Assembly: GCA_964035545.1 (NCBI GenBank)
Contig: OZ037768.1
Coordinates: forward strand, 16,165,875 to 16,229,874
Reading direction: 5' to 3'
DNA length: 64,000 nucleotides
Origin: Bugula neritina
Taxonomy: Eukaryota > Animalia > Bryozoa
Below the pieces are notes generated by a model. That model was not told where the DNA came from. It made no database searches and was given only the letters and a program-made list of their open reading frames with translations. The translations under genes were made by a program, and so were the position numbers. This document shows, piece by piece, positions 28,730 through 43,254 of the stretch (positions are counted from its first letter, which is position 1; every line of letters begins with the position of its first letter).

Positions 28730-31700
28730 GTTGACATCACTCAGTGCCTGCTGTGCCCTGTATATGTATCTGTATGTGTTGTATCAGCTGTTCTGTGCTG
28801 TAGTATGACTCATGTGTGAGACGAATGCTTATTGATGACTGTTCATAAACATGCAGAGTGTAACACATGACAAGCTTGTTAGGTGCTTCCAAGTGCTTTG
28901 AAGATTCAAACCAATGCCAGTTTTATTGACATATGAAACTTTTGATAATTTCACACAATTTATTGGAGCACAAATCAATCTTTTTCACAATCAATTATTT
29001 AGACTCATAACCAGTAATAACACTGGCTGCACTCTCACCAGATATTGGTACTAAGCTTCATATATTTCACAAAAGTTAATTCACATAACCAAAATATGAA
29101 AGTTATATATTAAAACACTATAATGTTAAGCCGGACTTGCCAGTTGCTACCAAATTAAGGAAGGACCTTGTCAATGGCCTACCAGACAGTCTGTAGTATC
29201 AGATATTCTATCTTAGATTATGTTGAGTTGCTGTTAAGTTGACTCATACTTACATATACATGATGATCTGATTATATTGCCCTATTTATAGAGTGTGACA
29301 AAAATGAGCTACACAGATCATAAGAAGACAACTCCGGCAACTCAAGTCACTGGAGTAAAAATTACAACTGAACTTTGAACCAATATATTATACTGCATTG
29401 TCTTATGAAGTGGATGAAACCTTTCAATAGAACTTGTTCATGGCTGAAAAATTATTAAAACAATTTTGAGATATAGTTATGCTGTCTTATCAGCAAATGG
29501 TAATATTCAGAGATCATGCTATGCTGTTGAGGTAAAGACGAAGCCATATTATACTGTATACATGAAATTAACAACTGTAATCTGTTATACCCGCATATTT
29601 ATCTTCTTTTATATTGAATAAATGCTGTATGAATATGGTATTCAATAATACATTTGTTATCAACAGTAACTCTAAATAATAGGACTCTTCAGGAATGATA
29701 AAGGTAAATTAATTTGTTTCTCCTATAATTTATTCAGAGCTGCTTACTAAGAGTAATTAAGAAAATTCTAGAATTGCACAATTTCTATAACGCGTTATTA
29801 GGATAGATTACTCTAGCCTTGCTTACTTGTGTAAAATGCAACTTTCTATATTAACCTGAAAAACCTAAATCACCATACTGCACCCCTGGCTGAAAACTAC
29901 ACCATTTCTATAAAACTACACTTTGCTAAGAAATTATTGTAGAGCAAAAAGTGGCTACACAGTGAGTAGAAGGAGAATGGGGGAATTTGATCCTATATCA
30001 TATATAGGCAGCTCAGCTTCATCTCTAATCCCATAAAGTGTGCATATGGATGCACTAGTAGACAATATAACGCAATATAATTATGTATCGTGAATAATTA
30101 TTGCATTCAGTTTTATATAGCAGGACAACTGCCCAATTTCGAAATATTACAGTTGATTTTAATCTTTTTGTGCTGCAACTATAGGCATATTTTTTGACCA
30201 GTGCGTTCAATATTATATTTTATCTGTTTGCACATAAAAATAAATTTATTAATATAAGGTATTAAACTGATATCAACTTATTTTTTATTAATACAAATCA
30301 TCAGGTAATGGCAATGCATATCAGCTATGAAAACATAAATTTCTATAAAACTAGCTAAAGCATGAGGTGCTCAGCTGCAATATACCAATTATTCAATTTA
30401 ATAATAAATTCAAAAAGTTAGAGTTTTTAGTTTAAAGAGATAATTTTAGAAAGAGTATTTAAAGTGTATCCCCATGATTTGCATTGCTTTCAGATTTTGT
30501 TTACATATTCTGAAGAGCAATACTTTTTTTAGAATAGCAAGCTCAAGGACTATCAGCATTTTACACAATAACTCCTGTGGAAACACATGTACATGTGTAT
30601 TGTAGAAATGTATTTATCTTTACCCTTTTAAATAATTCAACTCAACATTGGAGTTGGAATATGATGGAGTAATTATGGCAAATATTTAATGCATCTTACT
30701 ACAAATCCAACAAATTAAATCAATTGAGTAGGTTATTTTTAGCATAAAACTACTGCATATACTATGGTAACTGTCAATATTCAGCTGTCCCATTTGTTTT
30801 ATGCAGAAAGCAGCAGAAAATAATGCTGAGGATAGAGCTAAATAATTTTCAAAGTATCTTAAATATTGGCTTCTAAATAATTAATAGTTACACGAGAAAA
30901 GCCTCCACTCTTCATAGTATGTCCTTCAGATAAGATTGTGTAATATGAGACGTCATTTCACCTGCATGGTACTTGGGTAGTGCATGGAAACTCTGCAATG
31001 CTCTTTACATAAACCACATTGTTCACTGGTGGTTTTATGCTATATAGTCCCTCAGGTTTTATACTATATTGCCTCAGGTCTTTTCTTAGTGTTGTACTGC
31101 AGTTTCAAGATAAATTCCCATGCATATTCTACGTTATTAAATACACTGAATGCTTGTGCGTTATTATTTTAGCAAACACAACTTTTAAAGCATAAATATG
31201 TATGTAAACAGAAATGTGCTGCATCTCTTTTAGACACATGCAATCTTATTTATAGCAAGCTCAAGCATCCAAGAAATAACAACTTTTTTGTGGCCATCAC
31301 TTTTGATAACTTAATTATTAAAAGATTGCTGTTTTCCCTAAATTGAATATATTAAAAGTTTAAAAATAGAAACATATTTCTCGATTTGCTACTTTATTAT
31401 ATTTGCTATCGTGATTACTAGTAATAATATATTTTGCTTGTTAAAATGAATTTTGCAATTTAGTACACAGAAAGGGTCTATTAGGATTTTTTACAATTGA
31501 AATTTACCATCCAGGTTGTTAACTAACCAGATATACTTTTGCTAAATAAGTGTGTTAGAGACAACAAAAGGAAGTATTACTGTATTTAATGAACAAACTT
31601 TTTTATCCTTAGCATAGCTATGTAGTTCTTTTTCTTTGTTTTGGTTTACAAACTTGCTGTTTATTATTTAGAAGATGTAGTTTTAATATAAGTTTGCTTA

Positions 31701-32405
31701 CAAGGAGCCGTAATTTGTTGTCTCTACTGGGGGTGTGATTAGGTAGGGATGGAGAATAGGGGTGGAGGGTAGGGGTGAAGGATAGGGTTATACACTAAGC
31801 GAGAACAACTACTACTTTAGCTTAAATTAAAGGGCCTGGTGCTTCAGCACAGATATTTATTCACACAAATAATATGAATCTTGAAAACTTGTCATACGAC
31901 ATACAGTTGATATAATGTTCATCTCTATTACTACGACATGTATTTCATATAATCTGCAAGTCTCTATTATTGCAATTATATAAAATTTATATATTTCTTA
32001 TGTTCAATATAATATATACATATAGTGTATTTGTTACTGTAGATTTCAGGGCAGGCCTGTATATCATAAGTAAATAGAAATACAGTTCTGCTTACTCATG
32101 ACAAGACACATTAATATTTGTTCATTCAATTAGTGTTAGTATTAGGCTGTTGATTGGTCAACTTCAAACAATGGAGGCATCTACATAATGATATACTTTT
32201 ATTTGTATAGAATAACTTTATATATACATTGATTGACATGATATACCCACTTGATACACTTTGACTAATTAATTCTGTTTTCATAAGCCAGGTTGTCACA
32301 CCTATACCTCCCAGTCAACTACATGCAGAAGATTTGTATGCTGTATTTGTCAACATTACTTTTATCGGAGTAAAATGTAGCATATTGCTTAAAGAACTGA
32401 GGAAG

Positions 32406-35400
32406 ATGGCTGTGACAGGAATGCTTCTGAAAAAGCTTATACTGCTACAAGGTAAGTGTTATAAATAAGTTTCATGATTAAACACACCTATGTATAGTCC
32501 TAACACATGTGAAATTCACTTAAGTTTATAGGGAATGTTTGGCTGTCAAGCTGTATCTACAAATACATGTGATAATCAATTCTAAAATATTTTTAAAGTT
32601 TTTCAGAAATTCACCGTAATTTTTTCACTGGTGTACATAATTTTTGGCTATAATTTCTAACTTCTAAAAGAAAAATGTATACAGGCTTCCTCTTGTCGAA
32701 CTTGTGTTTTCTGGCATTTATTTAAAATAAGTACACATGCAATGATATTTGCAAGCCACACGGAATATTTTCAACATACAGGCTCTACAATATATAGCAT
32801 TTGCTCCTCTTCCTTATAAGAATCAGTAGTGTGATGGAAAAAATCTTTTCAGGCCTCAGAAATAATGAGACATATAATTCTGCTGTTTTTAATCTCTAAG
32901 ATTGTTTTATTGTTTCTGAAAATAGGTCAATTGTACAACCCTGCGTCAAAAATTAAACCTTATAGTCTACCTTTACAAACTCATCAATTATTTAAAAATG
33001 TTTGTTATTTACTGCAACTGTGCAACTGCCTTATACTATATGTGTATCCAACTTGCTAAACCAGTGTTTATAGTAATATGTCAACGAGCTTAAACTGCTC
33101 CTAGTTTTAGTCTGATTACAACTGGCTTAGTTAAGACATATTATTTATATGTGAATGCTAATCACCTTTAACAATTGGGCATAATCCATTGATATTGTTT
33201 GCTTTTGAGTTTAAGTTGTGACTTATCTTAAGACTTCATATACTAAATTATTAACAATAATAATATTTTGAAACCGGGAGGACTCAAGAAAAATATTTAA
33301 CTTAGCTTATGCATACATACTGTACAATATTGTATTTATTTCTGATAGTTTATTGTACATTTTAAATTGTTTAAACAGAAATGTACATGAGATATTGCTG
33401 CAGCTGGCAGAAATAATCTCACATTGACTGGTAAAAAGAAAGTTTGGGAAAAAGTCATGGAAATCGACTCCAGAGTAAACCGATTTATCTGCATGCATGT
33501 TTGCCTTATATTGTATAGCTATAACATAACCTACTACAGAACAACAGAAAAATCACTTTTCGTGTTTTAGACCTGAATATAATAGAATTGGGATTAGTGA
33601 AGTAATTGTTAGATGAATAATTGCAACAAAGTACTGAGTAGAAGTAGAAGCATTGTCTTTAAATTATGACATAGCATATGGTTGAATGTTGCCACAGCTC
33701 ATGATAGAGTTGGTTTTACAGCTGTATTTGAAGTTGCCAAGAGTGGAGGTAGCGAGTTGAGACTTCTCAGACAGATCCGAGAGCAGCTTGAGGGGTTCAA
33801 CATTTATGAGAGACCAGTAGAGTTTGATCACGATCCTCTGAAAGTGGAAATGGGGCTGACTTTGCAGCAAATCATCGATGTAGTAAGAGCACAAATTCTA
33901 AGATATGTTCACTTTTTTTAAATTTTAGGATGTGTTAATATTATTCTATTAATAAACGATATAAGTCTAACACTCGTATAAGGAATGAATCAATGCCAAA
34001 ACTGTTAGTGTTACACATAACAGACACCTTTTTCTGTTATGATGTCAAATCATGAGTCATGCAGCCGTTGTAACAAAATATATTTGCAGTGAAACAATAG
34101 ATGAAGTTGTAATATTGCCCTTAAAAACTTACACCTGCTATTTACAGTTTTTGAGCTAAAACTATACATATTTGATGAAATTTTAAATAAAAATCATGCC
34201 ACATTAGTTTTGTTTTAGAGCAAATGTATTTTATATCAATTTTAACAAATGCAATACACATCTGTTCTAAGTTGGCAACATATCTTTTAGGATGAGAAGA
34301 ATCAAATAATCTATACCAACATGTGGATTACAATGGTGTGTATGTGTTATACTTTGTTTATTAATAACATGCATTTGTTTGTCAAGCGAATCAAGTAATA
34401 CTGTTGTATAAATTATATACTAGTCAGCAGCTACATGCTTCTTAAAGTAGAGTGCCATCCTACACTATGCATGCAGGTTGCTTAATATAATGTGACAGCT
34501 ATTGAGCTAATATATGACAGCTAGTAAGCTAATATATGACAGCTAGTGAGCTAATATATGACAGCTAGTGAGCTAATATATGACAGCTAGTGAGCTAATA
34601 TATGACAGCTAGTAAGCTAATATATGACAGCTAGTGAGCTAATATATGACAGCTAGTGAGCTAATATATGACAGCTAGTGAGCTAATATATGACAGCTAG
34701 TGAGCTAATATATGACAGCCAGTGAACTAATATATGACAGCTAGTGAGCTAAGATGTGACAGTGAGCTATTATGTGAGAATTATTACTCCTGAGATAAAC
34801 ATGTCTGTATTTGCATTGCCTTAAGAGGTGGAATGACTATAAGCTGAGATGGAATCCCTTAGACTATGATAACATAACTCAAATCACTATTCCTCCACAC
34901 CTCATCTGGAAACCGGATATTCTTATGTATAACAGGTAAGGGCACACAACTATTCTGCACCATGCCATACTTTACTGGTATTGTAATGTTCACATTGCAA
35001 TATCTGAATCTCAAATATGCTTGTTCAACTATTCTCCCATGTTAGTGAAACTCTTACAACAGCAATGATCTCAAATATTGGCAAAAACATGCTTAGTCAT
35101 TGTTAAACAGAAATCAGGCGTAAGAAGTTGTGCTGCTTTCTATTGATTATGAAAGAGTTGGTAATTATTTTGCTATTTGCACTCAATATTATAATATCAA
35201 TTTATCAAGTGTTGCTAAAACCCAAAAAATTTTTACCTACTTGTTGCGAACCTTAATTGCAGTTGTCAAAATAGGTATTTCTTAATAAAAAGGCTGTAAT
35301 TAACTTCCTGTAAGAAAAAGCATTACTTCTATATCAACATGTGAGACATAGAAGAGAACATGTAGATAGGCTGCATATTCCTGATTAAACAGTTAGAAGT

Positions 35401-38400
35401 AACTACTGTTAGTAGTTTCAATTAGGAACATAGTGATAGAGATGCCACTTGAGTATCTAGATTTACAAGTTCCCCTATGAAGTTATTGATGTGTACAAGT
35501 CCTTAAGTTAATTAATATCTCAAGTTCAAATACGATATCTCATTAGACACAATATCATTACAACTGTATGCTACATGCTCATTGATGTTCTATCTTTGAA
35601 TAGATGGCTTTCATTGATTTGTATTTTATAAATATAGGGCGCTACTAAATTTGCTAGATATGTGTTTTTATTCTATAGATACCAATTGTGGAAGGGTATA
35701 TAAAGAGATTCCATTATAAAGCTATATGCAATTATTGAACTAGAAAATGATATGATTCTATGCACTGAAGAGCTCTTTGCTTTCCTGGTTTAGTGTTAAG
35801 GTGTATCTAGATGCTGTATTTACATGATTTTTAATTAAACTGTTGCATAAGTATTGTTTTATGCTATGCTACAAAACTTTTACACTATAGAGCTTTGCTT
35901 CTATAAGTAAATTATTGTTGATCAATGAAACTTCTATATCCAGTCACATTAGTTTCAATACCAAAAAACATAAACTTAGTCTGCTGACAACTAGTTCGTT
36001 TTCTCCAGTGCTGCCGATGCCTTTGACGCCACGTATCAGTCTCGGATAACGTTGAGTTCAGATGGCTCAGCCGAACAAATACCTCCCGGCATGTTCAAGT
36101 CAACCTGCCACATCAACATCAGGTGGTTCCCCTTTGACGAGCAGGAGTGTACAATGAAGTTTGGTTCCTGGACTTATGATGGAACTAAAATAGACTTGAG
36201 GTTTTTAGAGGGAGTTCCAGAAGGCAGCATGGAGGGCTTTGCTCTCAATGGCGAGTGGGAATTATTAGGTGATGCATGCAAGATATTTTCAGCAAGAATA
36301 CAGCTGTTTACCATCTAATTATTATACTTCTATTAGCTCCATCTATTTATTAAGACCCAAGCATTGAAAAGCGTATTATTGTATAAAAACATTCAAATGA
36401 ACTGATAAAGACTATACTAATGAGAATATATGTATTAAACCACAAATTAAAGAGGGGTGTGATTCTGCAACATACTAAAGTTGTTAGCAAACTTATAGTT
36501 GACCAAAAATCAATTGAAAAGATGGCTAGTATTTTGCCCTGCTTTTTTTAAATATTTTGGTCCATTTTTCTAAAATAGCATAAATAATAGACACAACTGG
36601 AAGTGCTGTAGTATTGACTGTGCATGTAAACATATATACCTTTCTTTTCTTTATTACAGGAATACCTGCTATACGAAATGTTTTCACATATAAATGCTGC
36701 CCAAAAAACCCCTTTGTAGACCTGACATACAGCATAAAGATTCGTAGGAAAAAGCTGTACCACCTGGTCAATATTATTGGGCCTTGCATGCTCTTTGCCT
36801 TTCTTGGACTATTCACATTTTGCCTGCCACCGGATGCTGGAGAAAAGATCTCCTTTAGTAAGTATTATAAGAACTGGTTTTACAACTGATATTCTGCATC
36901 TTAGGTATATAACTGCTTTTAGCAGGTGTTAGCAATATCATCTTGACGCAAATATATAACTGTAGATGTAATGTAGCTAGAACAGATTTCTGAGAAAGTT
37001 TTAGGTAGTTAGTTTGTTGATCACAACTTTATCTCGGAAGGCACACTAGGGCGAACACACACGTGAGCACACATGCATTTGTATAATTATATTTGTATGC
37101 ATATGTGTTTGTGTACACAAATATTTATACGTGTATATATATATAATGCTGTATTTTTGATAAACTGCTTTTTCTAAGATCAAAGCAGAAAAAAATAAAA
37201 AACTTCAAGAGAAGACAACTCTATGTGTAGCTTGCCGCAGATTTTTATTATTAATTGATAAATTTGTGTGTATGTATTACACAATTATATGCATAAAATT
37301 GCAGGTCTTGTCTAAAAATTAAGTTTTCTACAATAACTGCAACATAATACAAAATGAGACTTTAAATTAAGACAAATTATTGTTTATAATAACTCATCTG
37401 TATACAGCTGTAAATTTAGAGGTGATGCAATAATGTTTCCAAACCAAACCTTCAACAACTACCCTACGATAACATGGCCATTTGACAATATAAAAGCTTG
37501 AGTTGGCAATCATTGTTCTTTTTTTATAAAATGGTGTACTCTCTGATATATAGAATAATGCTGTTTCAAAACACAAATAATACATTTCCATGTTAAAAAA
37601 GATTATCACGATGGTTTGTAGGTGTGACAATATTATTATCCCTAACAGTGTTCATGATGATTGTCAGTGAGACGTTGCCTGTCACCTCTGAAGCTATACC
37701 ACTAATAGGTAACACTATGAATATTATAAATTTACCCAAGTTTTCACACTCTAGCAATATGACTTGTTTATAAGTGGTGTAATGGATGTATTGTGGTCTG
37801 CTAGATTAACATGGCGAGGTCCTAGGTTTGTAATTTGACTATTTTAGGAGGCTGTATATATTTGCCATTGAAAGCATTACATATAATATGTACTAGGACA
37901 TGCAGACTAGTTTACAGGGATCTTTCTGAAAATGTTAATATAACATCATATCTATGTCTAAAGTTTCGTTCATCATGCAACCTATGATCTCTGCTAAAAC
38001 CAAGTATTTGCTATAACTGCACTAGAAGTATAATTCTGTACTTATTTCAGCCATTTATTTCATGGGTATTATGGTAATGACAGCTTTATCCGTAGTGGCC
38101 ACAATTACCGGTCTAACCTTTCATCACAAGTCCCCAGAGAGTCACAAAATGTCCAGATTTGTAAGTATGAGAAAATTTAATATAATTCAATACTCAACTC
38201 TGGAGCCTTCTTATTGACACTGCATTCACCTGCATTTACCTGCATTCACCTGCATTTACAGTCAGCTTTTGGGCATTGATTACTTAATTCCATTTAGCAT
38301 CTTGATTCTGAAAACTGAAACTATTTGTTATATAAAGTCAGCAGTTTTCAGCTGCTGACTTAGGATTGAAGCCATACCCAGTTGGAACTACTTATAGTCA

Positions 38401-39713
38401 CCTGGTTTTGATTTATTTATACTGATTAGATTAAAAATAAAATATCCTGTAACCAGTGTAGCTTGACATACATGTTGGTCTTGAAACTACAAACATATGC
38501 TTTATATTTAGTAAGTTTTACAGCCTCCTTTGTAGCTTGTACAAAGCTGTGACGGTAGCCAATCTTTCTCTATGTGTAAAAGAACACCTGGTTTTAAATT
38601 CATATAAATAAGAAATAAATCTTTGTTTTATACTAAAATTTAAATGTATATGTGAAACCCTTAAAAGGATGCTGTTTGCTATAATCAAGTTGATAAACAA
38701 GTGAAAATTTTATAGTTATTTGTTATGATGAAGGTTAAAGTAGTTATTGGTGAATGGTTGGCATGGTTACTGCGAATGAAAAGACCTGGAACAGATTCCC
38801 CGTGTTCAGTAAAAAGCTCGTGGAAGAAGCATACAGATTTACAGATGATGAATGTCAATACATCGCAAAGCCTGCTTGCTAACATTAGAGGTCAAGAGAT
38901 AGACAATGACACGTTTTACTCTAGTTTTGGAGGTGAGCTATAATCATACAAGCTATATCATGACATATAAGTAGAGAATATTTCTCCCAGCTATTATATT
39001 CTGCAGAGTTGTCTCGAGCTGCCTGTGAATAATTGTAGCTGATTCTAGTCAAACATTAAAGTTGGATGCCCATCCTTTGTCTGTACACAATGTAAATGCT
39101 CAGTCTAATCACAGCACCCTAGTGGGAGGCACCGGCTCACAGCCTTTGGCCAGATTTGAGATTAGGGCTATTTTAAAAGAATTAAGGTAAGATTATAATT
39201 TTCATAGTTCTAATAGTGGTGCAAAGTAAAGCTTCTAACTTTCTTTTTCGAATAAGAAATAGAGTGTTTAAATGTAAATGTTGCATTGCATTCTCTATAA
39301 CTTTGTACTATGTACATGTATAATGTCAGACAGTGTAGCAGCATAATATGCATAGCTCATATAACAACATTATGCTCACCAAATCAAGATTTTCTTATCT
39401 TTAGATTCATGTTTTTCTAAATACAATATCAATGGTAAAATTCAAGTAATTGCTATTAAATGTTGGCTGTTTTATTAACCGCAAGTTACCTACATATAGA
39501 TTGAGTAGCCTATTATATTGTTTCTAATGATACAGATATTTGACTAATAAGAAGAGAGAAAAATCAGCTGATGAGCAGACGGTAGCAGACTGGAAGTGGT
39601 GTGCCATGGTAATAGATAGGCTGTTCATCTGGCTGGTTGCTATCCTGAATATCATTGTAGCTCTATCAGTTTTACTTTCAGCGCCGACTCTCTTTAATAA
39701 TGATTCCATGTAG
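32406..39713 (+). CDS. nAChR alpha subunit C, alpha7-like but more divergent, ~513 aa; exons 32406-32451, 33722-33882, 34291-34335, 34826-34935, 36009-36268, 36660-36857, 37622-37708, 38051-38160, 38734-38932, 39039-39186, 39536-39713
   Basis: [13 protein letters not shown]; [10 protein letters not shown]; Cys-loop [15 protein letters not shown]; loop [11 protein letters not shown]; M2 [23 protein letters not shown]; [12 protein letters not shown]; TAG at 39711-39713. All phases join. Confidence 0.9.
34494..34770. repeat. 22-bp minisatellite (GACAGCTAGTGAGCTAATATAT) ~12 copies, intron 3 of C
   Basis: Units at 34494, 34516, 34538 and onward. Confidence 0.95.
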
Positions 39714-41958
39714 AAACTTTTTTGATCCCATCTCTCCATCCACTTATTCAATGTAATTATGGTTGTTTCGAGTTTTATATTAAAAATTAGATTGGTTTGA
39801 TATACATTCGAATTGTTTTTTTAAACCGTAAATTGTTTTGTGATACAAAGGCATTTCTAGAACAATTTATAGGACAGTAATAAGCAACAGGCCACAGACT
39901 TGTGAGAAATTTCTTCATCACTGGAAATTTTTTTGATATTCATACAAAGTGTTGTATGTAAGAATTATATTACAGTATTTAGTCCAAGTATTTTAGTGGG
40001 TTTTAAAGACTGAGCTTTTTAAGGTTTACTTTGGATTTACAGACTATCAGAAACTTTCAAGTATAAAAAATATTGTATATTTACTAGTTTCTTTGAGTTT
40101 TTTTATTAATTAAAAAAGGTATGTTTAATTATTATATATAGCATGATGATCATTATAAAAGTAGGTTAATTAATTTTCATCACCTCTATTTGGAAATACA
40201 AATTTTTGTAATGATAAAAGGCATTGTGGGTAAGACTCAACATTGATCAACTTATTATTTTTCAAATTGATGTAAATCTAGTGTGAAGAAAGTTATGTAA
40301 TTTGTTTGTTTTTAGTTTTTACATATGACTTTTTGAATATTTGTAAATTTGTGTCAATGATTTTATTTATGATTTTATTAGTTTCCATAACTATAAATGA
40401 AAGTTTTGACATAATTACTTGCTTACACCAAGTTTTGACTGCGTTGATTTTTTTTCTAGTCATATGATATTGCGCAAAATATTATTTCACATAAAAATAT
40501 TGTTTGCAACAACATTATGTGTAAGTAACTTGTCTACAGCAATTTTTAATCCAAGTTTGTATTGTAAAATATTACTTCATATAATTAGTCTCATCACATT
40601 GATTGTTTTGATTACACTTGGCGCTAGTCAATCAGATTCAAAATAAAACTGTTAAATTGATTAGATTATAGTTACATGAAAGCAGGCTGAAGCCTGAAGG
40701 TCAACTGTTATCTCACTTCCTGTAAACTCTAAAGTTTGATCATTTTTTAATCACAAACAAGTTTGATTTAGTCACAGAGTAGGAAAGCCCTTATATTCAT
40801 GTTTCAACTGGATGTGCACATTTTGCAAACCCAGAAGTCAAAAATATAGTTGATTATAGCATATTTCATTTCATCAGAGTTTTAATAAAGTTTTACGTGC
40901 ATTATAATAAAATTATATGCAGGTGAGACTGTATTATAATCAGTATTAAAAACAACACAGTTAAGACAATTAAAGCATTGCTAGAAGAATATAAAAATCA
41001 GGTATTAGTTACAGATATACCTTTAAAGCCTAATTTTTTGAAAAAATAGTTCTGTGATATTTCCTTGCATAAGCTTAATACTTGAAAATTATAGCAATAA
41101 AACACATTCAAGCCAAGTTATGTAAACAGCTTGATTACTCGTTGTGCAATTCCTTCAACAACATTGAATAAATGATTCCGTTAGCAGCAGTAATTTGTTT
41201 GTACTTTTGAATAAACTGCAACTGCATGGAAAGCTCACAACACTACATTTAGCGGAAATGTAGGCTGCATGCAACATGGTAGTTGTGTTTTATGAGCTGT
41301 TCCCTTTGTCTTTCAACGAGCTTCTTTCTTGCTCCTATTTTTTAGTTTAGTGTTGTTATATTTTATAATTAACATGTCCCATAATAATTACCCCGACTCA
41401 CATACTTCCTTTAATACTAGTTTGTTGTTATACCAGCTGCCCTTTGATTATAGCAAACTTTGACAAGCTGTAAGCTTATTGTTAAGTGTAGTAATTAGAT
41501 GACTGAGCATTAATAAACAGCAAACTTCAAGTTACATAGATACCTGTAGGGCTGGGTAACTACGCATCCACTTCGTATGGAAATCAAACGCAACCCTGTC
41601 AAACCAGTCTTGTCAAACATTATAAAACGCTTATATAGCCTATAAGAGTGGAACCAGCTGAAACAATTATGGAAATACTAAAAAAACGGTAATATAAGTC
41701 AAGGACCAGCATGCAATGTTGTGCCAAAATACATGCAAATACAGTCAAATAAAAATATACAGTAATAATTATATGTTCTCACTAACATTATTCAAAAAAC
41801 AATACTTGCAAACCAATGTTATATAAAACTTTTGCCTCTACTGAAATTCAAATCCAAGGCCTCCATCTTGCAGACAGGCACGCTACCATTATACATCATG
41901 GGGCTAAACTCAACGCTACATCCTACCCAGTTTTCAAAAACTCCACTGGCCCCTCTAC

Positions 41959-42391
41959 GGTATCATACCAGATAGACCCTTCCCAATTAGATGCTATTTA
42001 TTTATTTTAGTGCAATATAATTATATGTATTTTATGTGCAATTATTATTATTGAAATATATGTATATATTTAAATAAATTTGGATTAATTGTTTGCTATG
42101 TAACACATAAATAAATTTCTTTGATCGGAATTAACTTATTAATTTTGCATTTTCTATACTTCTTGTTGTTTGAGACAAAATATTTCAATAAGAAGTATTT
42201 ATTAAAAACAATGTCTATTATTAATGTATTCCTGTTTTTTGTCCCACATAGATTCGTGAAAATTGGAATATTATTTCATGTTTAGCAATCAATACAACAG
42301 TTAAATAGGTATATATGGGTATATTACTATATACATCACATCAAAATAAACAATAGCGTCTAACTGGGAAGTGTCTATCCGGGATGACACC
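41959..42391. mobile_element. MITE (non-autonomous DNA transposon), ~433 bp, with ~48-bp imperfect terminal inverted repeats
   Basis: Left end GGTATCATACCAGATAGACCCTTCCCAATTAGATGCTATT versus reverse complement of the right end GGTGTCATCCCGGATAGACACTTCCCAGTTAGACGCTATT. AT-rich non-coding interior. Flanks CCCTCTAC and CTCTCTGC match at 6/8, a possible decayed 8-bp TSD. Confidence 0.75.
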
Positions 42392-43254
42392 CTCTCTGCT
42401 ACTACTATTACTACACTTCACCAAAGGCCAAATTAGCTTATACAACTTTTGCCCCCACTGGGGCCACTGGTAAGTTCAACACTACATGTTATTTACTATT
42501 ATCAGTCATGCAGTTTATTAATTTAGTATCTGAATAATAATGTGGAGATAAATCTAAAAAATTACCCACTCAGTTTACAGTCTGTGAGTAAGACCTGAGT
42601 CTAGAATGCTCGGCAACACAAACAACTAAAGTCTAATTATTTCAAGCTACCTGACGAAATGCGAGTTTTGTTACACACCTTTGGTCAATACTCTAGAATA
42701 ACAAAAAATTATGCAACAACGCAAGTTTTCCATATGCGCTCAATAGCAAATTTCTCTGTTGTTATGAGAGTCATTCAGTTGTAAAAGTCAGCGGGTTTTG
42801 TCATGAAAATGTTTATACACCAATGAGCATGAAATGCCAAGTGTTGGGAGTATTTGTTATGTGAACAAGTAATAACTGTGCAGCATTGTAACAAAGCAAC
42901 CTCTCATGTGCTATTGTCCATCAATATGAATGCTAAGCACTCATTTAAATGTCAATATAGACATTAATTAACATAAAAAGCATTCTAGTTACCAGTAATG
43001 CTGCAGTATAAGCTGATTGGCTTATAACTGTGTTGGTACACATTTACACAGCAATCAACTATTGTATCATTAGCACGGGTTCTATAATAGTAAGCTCCTA
43101 GAACAAACTCAGCGCAATTATAACAAATAACCAGAGCTGACTTCAATCCAGACACACGAAAACTACAAGTCAATGAATAATAACCTTCAATAAGGGCTGT
43201 GGAGGTACAAATGAAGAAGAAAATATGGAAATGAGTTGTAACTACAGAAAGTTT

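Noticed and set aside
39007-39038. Upstream CTGCAG acceptor for exon 10 of C
   Set aside because: It brings in an in-frame TAA; the acceptor at 39038 keeps the frame open.
39062-39076. GGATGCCCATCCT in exon 10 of C resembles the reverse complement of the SINE core
   Set aside because: Only ~13 nt match and the flanks do not align; probably chance, so no evidence of exonisation.
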